Below, piece by piece: positions 12,551 through 23,643 of a stretch of DNA of 64,000 nt. Location of the stretch: contig CM075997.1 of assembly GCA_038087875.1 (NCBI GenBank), positions 496,001 through 560,000 of the forward strand, given 5' to 3'. The first letter of the stretch is position 1. Every line of letters starts with the position of its first letter. A program made the position numbers and the translations under genes. Source of the DNA: Malacoraja senta. Its lineage: Eukaryota. A model generated the notes under the pieces. The model was given only the letters and a program-made list of their open reading frames with translations, was not told the DNA's origin and did not search any database.

Positions 12551-14216
12551 CCCTGTTGATGGAACAACTAGTGGAGTGAAGCAAAATCATGAGGGAGAAA
12601 CTGTGTCCACTGGGTGGCAGGTAGTAACTAGACGACACAGATGTAACAGAATTTCAAAAGGACTAGAGAAGAGAATTGTATTTTACCAACTTGTTTAGTT
12701 AGATGGAACTCACTACCTGAAAGTTTGATGAAAGAAAATCTAATATCAACTTCCAAAAAGGAAATGGATAATTAACTGAAGCATAGAAAAGGGTTGTGAG
12801 GAGAGAAGTGGAGGAGTGGGATAAACTGGATAGCAATAACTAAGAATGGGTGTCAGGGGTTATAGGAGGAAGGCAGGAGAATGGGGTTGAGAGGGAAAGA
12901 TAGATCAGCCACGAATGAATGATGGAGTAGCCTTGATGGGCCAAATGGCCAAATTCTGCTCCTATATCTTATTAACTAATGAACTTGAACAGGCACAACG
13001 TGTTGTAAGATTCTGTTCTACTCGTGGTGGAGAACGCAGAGATTCATTGATGAATGTGAGTGTGAGTCACCTATCGCGGGTGACTCACACTCCAGCTGAA
13101 AGCAGCCGGCCATTCATGTGCTTCATGAGATGGTGTATGATAGCCCAGATCTCACATGGTCTCCTGTCTTTTCGCCTGTTACCGAAAATCACAGCGGTAT
13201 CACTATGGGGTGCTAGATTGAAAGCTGTCTCTTTCAGGATGACTAAAGTTGTGCCACACAAAAACCTGTGAGAACCTCAGCCATTTTGTACTTTTTCAAG
13301 TGAAGTCCCTATGATAATGTGGAAAATATGTCAGTCATTTTGCGCACTGCACAAAAGCTCAGTGCAATAATTGTTAGATAGTTCATTTTGGAAATGTTTA
13401 TTGAGGAATAACTGTTGACCAAGAGTCCATAGAAGACATAACACTAAGTCTGAAGAAGGGTCCTGACCCAAAACGTCACTTATCCATGTTCTCCAGAGAT
13501 GCTGCCAGACCCGCTGGGTTACTCCACTTTGTGTCCTTTTGTGTAAACTAACACCTGCAGTTTCTGGTTTCTACTTAACACAAAGTACTGGAGTAACCTA
13601 ACGGGTCAGGCAGCATCTGTCGAGGGAATGAACAGACAATTTTTGAGGTCAAGACTCTTCTTCAGACTCAATCCGAAATGTTGCCTGTCCATTCCCTCCA
13701 CAAATGCTGCCTAATCTGCTGAGTTATTCCGTTACTTTGTGTTTTGCTCAGGATTACAGCATCTGCAGTTCCTCGTGTCTCCATGGAAGATTATTGTGGC
13801 TGCCGTATCTTTCATCAATGTCGGAGGTGCATCAGTTTTGCGTCACCTCTGAGATGAAGCACCTGAGAAGTGCTAAATTATCCTATTACGCACAAGTCTT
13901 GATACTTGATCTTGAAGCTACAACCTTCTTACTATCAAAAGGGAAATAGGATATGTGTAGGAGGGTCTTGACCTGAAATGTCACCCATTCCTTCTGTCCA
14001 GAGATGCAGCCTGTCCCACTGAGTTACTCCTGCATTTTGTATCTATCTTTGGGAAGTAGGATATGGTACACGGCTTTCATAATTTTGTCTTTGGTCTTGT
14101 TAGCTAATGCAACAAAATTATTTAGTTCTGGTGAACTGTGAGCAGAGATCTTGGAAACTGTTGCGTATTTGGACTTCCCCTCCTTTGGATTAAGAACTGG
14201 CATTTTGCATCAGTGG

Positions 14217-14230
14217 GTGCCATCTGGTGG
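14217..14230 (-). promoter_or_regulatory. Candidate CTCF site
   Basis: Minus strand CCACCAGATGGCAC matches the CTCF core CCASYAGRKGGCRS. It lies in non-repeat sequence. Confidence 0.5.
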
Positions 14231-15366
14231 GCAGCATTTGATAGTGTAGCTCCTCCCTGTCAGTGACAGCACACCAGTGGACCAGTCACATACGAGTCAA
14301 GAGTGTTTAATCATCATACATATTGAAAACGAAGCAATGAAATTGTTACATGCAGCAGCAGTAAACAATCAATCTTTTAGTTTCTTAGTGATACAGCCTG
14401 GAAACAGGCCCTTTGGCCCACAGAGTTCACACCAACCATCAATCACCCATTTTCACGAGTTCACACTTTCGCATCCACTCCATACACACCAGGGGCAATT
14501 TACAGAAGTTAATTTACCTACTAACTCACGTGTCTTTGGGATGTGGGAGGAAACAGGTGCGCTCGGAGGAAACCCATGCGGTCACAGGGAGAACGTGCAT
14601 CTCTGGGGAACACGGATAGGTGATGTTTTGGATAGTGATCCTTCTTCAGACTGATGAAGGGTCACGACCTGAAACGTCACCTAATCATGTTCTCCAGAGA
14701 TGCTGCCTGACCCGCTGAGTTACTCCGGCACTTTGTGTCCTTCTGCGTAAACCAGCATCTGCAGTTGCTACAATTGTAATATATACACGTTTGCTGCTGT
14801 CTACTATGTTCTGGTGTGCTAAAGCAAAGCAAAAATGTCATTGTCCTATCAGGGACACATGACAATAAAACTCTCTTGAACTCTCTTGAGTTGGCAAGAT
14901 GCGTGGTGGCAAGGATACAGAGAGACACAGAGTGTAGGGGGAAGGGTGGGAATATGGATGGGTATAGTAAATAGGCACGGTTAAGGGGTTGGGCATTCAG
15001 GAATCAGACAAGAATAAATTTCTTCACCCAAAGGAAAATAGATCTTTGGAAATCTTTTCTAAATTCTTTCTGTTTTTCAAGACAGAGGTCAATAGATTTT
15101 TAGATCTTATGCAAATAAAATAATATGGTGCTCAGGTAAGATCAGCCACAATGTTATTGAATAGCAAAGTAGGCATGAACGGCTGAATCGGCTACCCCTG
15201 GTTCGATTCCTTACATTCTAACAAAGAATGGGTCTGAAGAAGGATCCCAACCCGAAATGTTACCTATCCTTTTTCTCCACAGATGCTGCCTGACCCGCTG
15301 AGTTACTCTAGCACTTTGTGTCCATCTTCAAAGTATGGAAATGACACATTGTCACTGCCACCAGTT

Positions 15367-15380
15367 CCACCAGGTGGCAG
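15367..15380 (+). promoter_or_regulatory. Candidate CTCF site
   Basis: CCACCAGGTGGCAG matches the CTCF core consensus. Confidence 0.5.
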
Positions 15381-16617
15381 TGTAAGTGGAGGCAAGAATA
15401 TTTATAGATTTCTCCATAGGGATTTAGAAATGAAATATCCATTGGTTTTAACAGGACAAACAAACAATGGGCAAATATGCTGAGTAAAAATCTAAAGCAA
15501 ACATTACATGGCAAAGGGGAAGGGACAACCAGCAGTGGGTCCAATAAGAATGAAGAAAGGGACATTATAGACAAATTATAGACAAGGGTTTAAAAGTGTG
15601 GAGACACAAGAGATTGCAGATGCTGGAATATGAGCAAAAACAAAAGTGCTGGAGGAACTCAGTGGGTCAGGCAGCATCTGTGGAGGGAAATGGAGAGTCA
15701 ACGTTTCAGGTCGAGACCCTTCCTCAGGACACAGGGTCCAAATGGAAATTTAAGAGCCCCAGACTGGTTCATCCGCCCTCCATTACTCCTTTTTATCACC
15801 TGATTTGACTATTCTAACCTCTTCCTGGCCAGCCTATTCTCTGTAAACATGAGGTCATCCTTTGCCTGTGTCCCAACTTGCATCATATCCCTTTAATCCA
15901 TTGCATCTCCGCTTATAGACCTAATATGTTCCCAGTTTCAACAACAACTCGATTTTTCTCCTTGCTTCCAAATCCCACCTCGGTTTCCACTCCCCCTATA
16001 AATGAGACCCTTGTTCGACCCAAAATGTCACCCATCATCTTCAATGATGTATTCTACATATTCCTTGATCGTCATCCCTTTGATGTCTTGATTTCTCACC
16101 TTATGCTTCCTTATTTCGGTGACTCCCTCTCATAGTCATAGAGTTGTACAGCGTGGAAACTGGCCCTTCGGCCCAACTTGCCCGCACCGGCCAAGATGTC
16201 TCAGCTACACTAGTCCCACCTGCCTGCGCTTGGTCCATATCACTCCAAACCAGTTTTATCCATGTACTTGTCTAACCGTTTCTTAAACGTTGGGATAGCC
16301 CCAGCCTCAACTACCTCCTCAGGCAGCTTGTTCCATACACCCACCACCCTTTGTGTGAAAAAGTTACCCGTCAAGTTCCTATTAAATCTTTTCCCCTTCA
16401 CCTTAAACCTGTGTCCTCTGGTGCTCGATTCACCTATTCTGGGCGTCTACCCGATCTCTTCCCCTCCCCTGACTCTCAGTCTAAATAAAGGTCTCGACCC
16501 GAACTGTCACCCCTTTGCTTCTCTCCAGAGTTGCTGCCTGTCCCGCTGAGTTACTCCAGCATTTTGTATCTTTCTTCGGTGTGTCAATTCTTGGCTTTGG
16601 TGTTGTTCAGCTTGAAA

Positions 16618-17359
16618 CGGGGAAAGTGTGGGGGAGAGAGAGAGAAGGGGGGGGGGAGTGAGGGAGGGGGAGAGAGAGGGTGGGAGCGGAGAGAGAGCTG
16701 GGGGGAGAGAGAGGGAGGGGGGAGAGAGAGGGAGGGGGGAGAGGGGAGAGAGCGGGGGACAGAGAGGAGGGGAGAGAGAGGGAGATGAGAGAGGGGGGAG
16801 AGAGGAGGGGAGGGGGAGAGAGAGAGAGGGGGGAAGGGGGAGACAGAGAGGGGGGGAGGGGGAGACAGAGAGGGGGGAGGGGGAGAGATGGGGGCGGAGA
16901 GGGAGGGGGAGAGAGATGGGGGCGGAGAGAGAGGGTGGAGAGGGGGAGAGAGAGGAGGGGGGAGAGAGGGGGAGAGAGAGGGGGTGGAGAGGGGAGAGAG
17001 AGAGGGGGGAGGGGGAGACAGAGAGGGGGAGAGAGCTGAGAGAGAGGGGGGAGGGGGAGAGAGAGGAGGGGGAGAGAGAGTGGGGGAGAGAGAGGGAGAA
17101 AGAGGGGGAGCGGAGAGAGAGAGGGGGGAGAGGGAAGAGAGAGGGAGGGGAGAGAGATGGGGGCGGAGAGATGGGGGGCGGAGAGAAGGGAGAGAGAGAG
17201 GGGGGGAGAGAGAGAGGAGGGGGAGGGGGAGAGAGAGGGGGAGGGGAGGAGAGAGAGGGGGGGAGTGGGAGACAGAGAGAGGGAGAGAGAGCTGAGGGGG
17301 GAGAGGGAGGGGGGGAGAGGAGGAGAAAGAGGGGGAGGGGGAGGGGGAGGAGAAAGAGG
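16618..17359 (+). repeat. ~740-bp polypurine (G/A) low-complexity tract
   Basis: Almost exclusively G and A, with many G4-G9 runs. The long ORFs here are artefacts. Confidence 0.95.
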
Positions 17360-17473
17360 TACCGCCCCAGGCTGCCCGATTGGCCGCGGGAAACGTCCAT
17401 CAACGGCCAGACGTGAGGGGCGGGACTTCCGGTGTGGCCGCGCCGCCGCCGCGGACGGATCGAGAACGCGCGC

Positions 17474-17511
<38 letters not shown>

Positions 17512-18080
17512 CGAAGACGATTAAAAAGAAAATATTTTTTTAAAGGGGGAGAAAGCTATCGGGGGGGGGGGCGTGTTTTTTTTTCCTCTCTCTTCCCTTC
17601 GCGTGTGTGAGGAACTAATCCGCCGCGACCCGGGATTGTTGTTTTTGTGGGTTTTTTTTGTTAATCCTGAGGTAAAAACAGCGAGGCCTAACGGCTGTGT
17701 GGAGAGAAAATTAAATTGTTTCGCATTTAATCGTCGTCCCTCACCGGCGTGACTTTTTCCTTCGTGGAGGACGAGACGCTGCCTTTTTTTTTGCGTGTGG
17801 TCTCCGTGCGGCCGCGGGCTTTCAGGCGAGTATATTTATTTGGACGGTGGGGAGGGAGGGGGGGGTTTGCCCGGCGGAAAGTTGTGGAGTCGGGAGTCGA
17901 GCGGCCGTCGTCCCCGCTCCGCCTCGTCCCGCCCCCTCTCGCAACACCGGAAGAGGAGGGGTTACGGATGACCGACGGGGGTCCGGGCCAATCGGAGCCC
18001 GCGCCGGCTCGGACGCGGCCAATCGGCGTGCTGCCGGGGGGCGGGCTCTCGACGTGATCGACAGCCCCCGCCGGGCCCTG
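17360..18080 (+). promoter_or_regulatory. CpG-island promoter of the BTBD7-like gene
   Basis: CpG-dense non-repeat segment with inverted CCAAT (ATTGG 17379-17383), composite GC-box/ETS GGGGCGGGACTTCCGGT (17417-17433), CCGGAAG (17947) and CCAAT at 17988 and 18019. Confidence 0.75.
17435..17671 (+). other. BTBD7: Probable non-coding exon 1 (start approximate)
   Basis: Lies downstream of the ETS/GC motifs and ends at a donor-like GAG|GTAAAA. Exon 2 has an acceptor upstream of its ATG, so a 5' UTR exon is required. Confidence 0.45.
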
Positions 18081-18249
18081 GTATGTGTTTGTGTGTAAAC
18101 ACAAGTCTGAAGGGGTTAGACATCAGAGTCAAGATGTTTTATTGTCGTGTGTCCCAGACTACAACAATGACATGCTTACTTGCTGCAGCGCAACAGAATA
18201 TGTAAACGTAGTACACAGTAAACAATATGATAAACGAGAGAGAAAAAGT

Positions 18250-18406
18250 CCAGTGTGTGTGTATATATATATACTCATACCCACAAGTACACACACACAT
18301 GTGTGTATGTGTGTGTATATATATATATAAACGCACACGAACATCGCACACACACACACAAATACATCCAAGATCAGAGTTTTTTTAATATATATATGCA
18401 CACACA

Positions 18407-18443
<37 letters not shown>

Positions 18444-18681
18444 GCATATACATATGTATAAGGTAGACATAAAATGCTGTGAGGCAGCATGTATCAAGCA
18501 AAGGAATGGGCGATGAGCTGAAGAAGGGTCTCGACCCAAAACGTCACCCATTTCTTCTCTCCAGAGATGCTGCCTCACCCGCTGAGTTACTCCAGCATTT
18601 TGTGTCTACCTTTGATTTAAACCAGCACCTTCAGTTCTTTCTTACACACACACACACACATATGTATGTGTGTGTGCATGC

Positions 18682-18712
<31 letters not shown>

Positions 18713-18850
18713 CATATGCATATATATGCATGTGTGTGTATTATATATATATTATATATGTATATATATATATGTATAATGTGTGTATTTATATATATAT
18801 ATATATTAAAAATATGTGTATATATATACACATACACACGCACACACTAA
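18250..18850. repeat. Compound (TA)n/(CA)n/(TG)n microsatellite with an embedded Penelope-type repeat
   Basis: Directly visible dinucleotide arrays, with the repeat at ~18460-18645. Confidence 0.9.
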
Positions 18851-19944
18851 AAAACCCCAACAATAGTAGTATAATAATAATAGTCTATTGAAGTTCAGAG
18901 CTTATTTGAGGTTGTAGTGTTTAAGTTCAAAGTCAAAATGCTGGAGTAACTCAGCGGGACAGGCAGCATCTCTGGAGAGAATGAATGGGTGACATTTCGG
19001 GTCGAGACCCTTCTTCAGACTCTGAAAGTTACCACCAAGTTATGCTTTAACTTAAAAAAGATAGACACACAAACAGCTGGAGTAACTCAGCGAGTTACTC
19101 ACCTATTCCTTTTCTCCAGAGATGCTGCCTGACCCCACTGAGTTACTCCAGCTTTTTGTGGCTATCTTACATTTCCTTGATCACCGAAGGTAGACACAAA
19201 ATGCTGGGGTAATTCAGCGGAACCGGCAGCATCTCTGGAGAGAAGGAATGGGTGACGTTTCGGGTCGAGACCCTTCTTCACTGTCTGCTTTGATCTGTCG
19301 CTTTCACACCATACCCTTCAACATATCTCTGTCTCCCTCTCCCCTAACTTAGTCTGAAGAAGGATCTCAATGAGAGTCAGGGTTGACTGTCTGAAGAAGG
19401 GTCTCGGCCCGAAAGATCACCCATTCCTCTCCAGAGATGCTACCTGTCGTGCATTTACTATCCTGTGGATGCTTTGATTCTGCAACACAAAATTTGTCAT
19501 GCCCAGCTGGTCAACAAAAGAATAACTTTTTAGACCGAGCTGGAAAGAGTTAATTAAGGTGCAGAAAAAGAGGTTGAGAGGAAGGTGTGCCTTTTAACAT
19601 AAAGCAAATAAAGGGAAGCATTTTGTTCACCATAAAACTTCATCTCACTTATCCCAGTTCTGATGCAAGGTCGACGACCTGGAACTAACTCCTTGTCCTG
19701 CGTCCACGCTGTTTCTCTAAACTTAATAGTCTGGTTTCAAAAGAAGGGCAATCTAGTTTCAGGACATCAATTAACGGTCAGCAAATTATGTTAAAATGGA
19801 GCACGTTTCCAAAGGTAAAAGCGTAAGCAAGTTTCAAAACGGAATTTAAGAGTCAGCTATGCAACACGGACAGCCCCTTCGGCCCACTTTGTCAGTTTCG
19901 GCCAAGTTGGTATACTGGATTGGCTTGGCAGTCGTAAGTTGCTT

Positions 19945-20342
19945 GGACAAGCATATTTCACTTGGGCAGCTTACACCCCAGCAGTATGAATGTAGACTTC
20001 TCTAACGTCAAGTAAAGACTTTATGGACTTTGTCTCTCTCTCTCCATCCCTCCCCCTTCCCAATTCTCTAACTGTCCCCGATTCCATTTTATTTCTGTTT
20101 GCTTTGTTGTCACCTTCTCCGAGCTAACAATGATCTATTCTACATTTGCCTTAATCCTCATTTATTTGAATGTCTCATTTTCACACACTTCCTTGCCTCA
20201 TTTTCGCACCCTTCCTTATCTCTGTGTCTCCCTTACCCCTGAATCTGAAGAAGGGTCTCGACCCGAAACATCACCCATTCCTACTATCCAGAGATGTTGC
20301 CTGTCCCGCTGGGTTACTCCAGGATTTTGTGTCTATCTTCGG
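19945..20342 (+). mobile_element. Penelope-like element 3' end
   Basis: IFHLGSLHPSSMNVDFSNVK* (19953-20015) is homologous to the 8347 ORF end. It is followed by UTR and a hammerhead repeat at 20245-20272. Confidence 0.65.
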
Positions 20343-23300
20343 ACTGGCATACTGTCCCATTTGGCTCGTAGCCCTCTAAATCCTTCCTATCCATAACTCT
20401 TAATTTTTAAGTTATTCAGAGTTAAAAGTTGAAGATCAAATTGAATTGGATAGTAGATATCTAAGATTTGAATGGAATAAATACAATTCTGAAGACCGTT
20501 TGGCCCATCGTTCCTTTGCCAGATTGTGCAGGATGGAGGGGGAGAAGGTAGTGGGGTAGGGGACGCCAACCAGATTGGCTTGGCTTCTCCCCCTCCCCCC
20601 CTCCTCCTTCCTGACTGGCAATAATTCTGCATTTTCTTGTATAGCCTTTGTAGTGTTCAGAGTTCATTGTGATCGGTGAAGTGTTGCCATACTTGTGGGA
20701 ATACAATCTCTCCTTCTCATACGCAGCGCCCTTTCATAGTCTTAACCCCTGATAGCCTGATCAAATATTCAAACCAGCACTCGTTCTGTTGATACACGAT
20801 TCGTACAACAAGGTAACAGGCCCGCAAAAGCTTACCTGTCCAAATATATTTTTTAATGTTCTTGTACCTGTCTCAGCCACTTCCTCTGGCAGTGTGTTCC
20901 ATATATCCACCAGAATCTTTGTGTGGAAAGTTGTCCTATTAAACCTTCCTACCCCCTCACCTTAATTGAATGGCCCCCAGCTCTGGATTTCCCCAACCCC
21001 CAGAAAACATCTGCATTCACCACAGTAAAATACACACGGCGGATTCTAGAAATACTAAATCCAGTGTTTTTCAGATCCAATTCTGTTCTTTAATTTTGTG
21101 CATAAGCATTTTGTGGCATTGCCTGTGAAGGGACATTTTTCTTCTCTGCTCCTCTGCATTTGCTTGGGGGGTAGGAAGGGAGGACTAAGCCAATAATCAA
21201 ATGTAAAGATTTTTCCCCTTCCTGATTTTGCCCTTCCTGAGTCCACTGTGAATGTGAACTTACGACACTGCAAAATCGAAAAGTGAACATATATTATGGT
21301 CCATCATGGAAAACCATTCTCTTTTGGCATTATACATGTGTTAAACTCTGAATCTTCATGCCCTCGGGCCTCTCTTCCCTGCTCTCTGACTCAAACTCAA
21401 ACTAAAAACTAATACTAAAGAATAAAGAAGAACCTGGGTAACTCAGCCCCACAAACTTATTAATTGAGATTATGACTAGACTCTGACCCGTTTGGGTTCT
21501 CCAATCTTTGATACTGTTGGTTAGAATTATTCATCTCAGATTCATCAGTTGACACAGGATTGATTATTTGTGATTTCTAAACCTAAAATCCTTTGTGTGG
21601 AAAGGTTTCCTAACTTTTCTCTTCATTGGCTTTGTTCTAAGTTTTGGGCTGCGCTTCCTATAAAGATGCGATTTAATATCTGAAGTGTGCACGTGTGCAG
21701 GGTCTCTGGCCGGCGAGGCCTGCGGAATCAGCGATCATTTCCAGGCGCTTTGAAGATGTGTATTACAGAAATGAGTTGCTTAAAGCTTAAATAAAGTTTA
21801 AGTAAATTAGAATTTTTCATTTGCCTCACAACAATATCTTTATAAACTTTTTAATTAAATCTGTTTGGGACTGAGATAGGGAAATTAAGTTAAGATTCAT
21901 TTCTGAATGTTGAAATGTGTTCTGAGGTCATAGTCATGGGGAGATGTAGCACAGTACCACCTCCAGTTTAAATTCCATTTGGAATATTTTGGAAGACCAA
22001 GAACCAAGAAACTGGCTGTTCGGCTCGCTGAGACTGTTTTGATCATCACTAGTTCAATTTAATCAAAAGCAAGGTGCTGGAGGAACTTAGCAGGTCAGGT
22101 AGCATTTCTGGAGGGAAAGGACAGATGACCTTTCGGGTCAGGGCGGGTTCTTTCAGTCTGAAGAAGTCTCGTAACCTGAGATTTAATCTATCCATTCCCT
22201 CCATGGATGCTGCCTGACCTGTCGAGTTCCACCAGCATTTTCTTTTTTGTTGTTCAAGACTCTTGCATCTGCATTTGCTGTGTTTTACACAGAGAGTGGT
22301 GAATCTGTGGAATTCTCTGCCACAGAAGGTAATTGAGGCCAGTTCATTGGCTATATTTAAGAGGGAGTTAAATGTGGCCCTTGTGGCTAAAGGGATCAGG
22401 GGGTATGGAGAGAAGGCGGGTACAGGATATTGAGTTGGATGATCAGCCATGATCATATTGAATGGCGGTGAAGGACCGAATGGCCAACTCCTGCACCTAT
22501 TTTCTATGTTTCTATGTTCTCATTTCATCAAACTTCACATCACCTTTGCTCCTCCCTTTACATATTTACCACTCTCCGATGCACTTTTATAATTTATAGC
22601 GATCAATTATCCTTCCGTCTCGCGACATTGGGCTGCGGGAAGAAACCCACGCAGTCACAAGGAGAGCGTGCAAACTTCACACAGACAGTACCCAAGGTCA
22701 GGGACAAACTCGGGTCTCTGGCAAAGTGAGATAGCAGCAACATTGGCTGCGCCACTTTGCTGCCCATAAATTTGATTTTCCTACTCTTGCAATTCATTTA
22801 AGAGTCACTTCTTGATATTTAAAATTTAGTAGAGATGAGCAATTTGAGCCCATGAAATTAAGAAATGTCTATTAAGTCATTGTAATAGATATTTTGGCTT
22901 AAATATGGTTTTATCTTTGCAAAATTGACGGATAAGCAGTACCATTTAAGCTGCTAAAGAATTAAAGTTGTACTGGCGCACTTTAATATTGCACAAATAT
23001 ACTTGAGGTAATTTGTCACCACTGATTCATTTAGCCAGCTCCAGTCCTAAGGATAGGAATAATGACCAAAAACACTTTAAAAGGTGCTTTTATCTAGTTA
23101 CTGTTTCTGTATAAAATGTATGAAAAATTACAATATGAAATCGAACTAATATAATAATGAATTGGAACGCCTTCAATAACGTCATCCATTATTCCCATCA
23201 CTGTTGCCAGACATGGCATCATTACCACTTCAGCCTGTGTTATGTAACTCAATGATGCTTCCTCCAGATGTAGCTGATGTGGGAAGGTGCAGAATTTATG

Positions 23301-23478
23301 TAGCACGGTATTTTTCAAAGAGCGGGCAGACATTAAGATTTCCTATGTCCATTTCTGAAATGTTTTGAGCAAAATTTTTATCTACAATTGTTAATATACT
23401 TCAGTGAAATTATATTAGCAGAGCGTGCGTGTCTGTGTCTGTGCAATGATTTTTCCACTCATTGTAAATTACTTTAGA

Positions 23479-23643
23479 GTGGAGAAAGCAGATTTTTTGT
23501 CTGCATCGAGGTTGCACAGCAAGGGCTAGATGCAGTGTTAAAGTGTGCATCTTCCTTCTCCGGGAAGGAAGATGCACACTTTAACACTGCATCTAGCCCC
23601 TGCTGTGCAACCTCGATGCAGACAAAAAATCTGCTTTCTGCAC
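23479..23643. repeat. Near-perfect inverted repeat (76-bp arms, 5-nt spacer)
   Basis: 23483-23558 is the reverse complement of 23564-23639 with a single mismatch (23522/23600). Spacer TCCGG. Confidence 0.95.

Noticed and set aside
16507..17543. Long ORFs of 119-298 aa (Pro/Ser/Leu or Gly/Glu/Arg rich)
   Set aside because: Products of the G/A low-complexity tract, which lacks stop codons.
18085..18891. YI/CV/TH-repeat ORFs
   Set aside because: Dinucleotide microsatellite translation.
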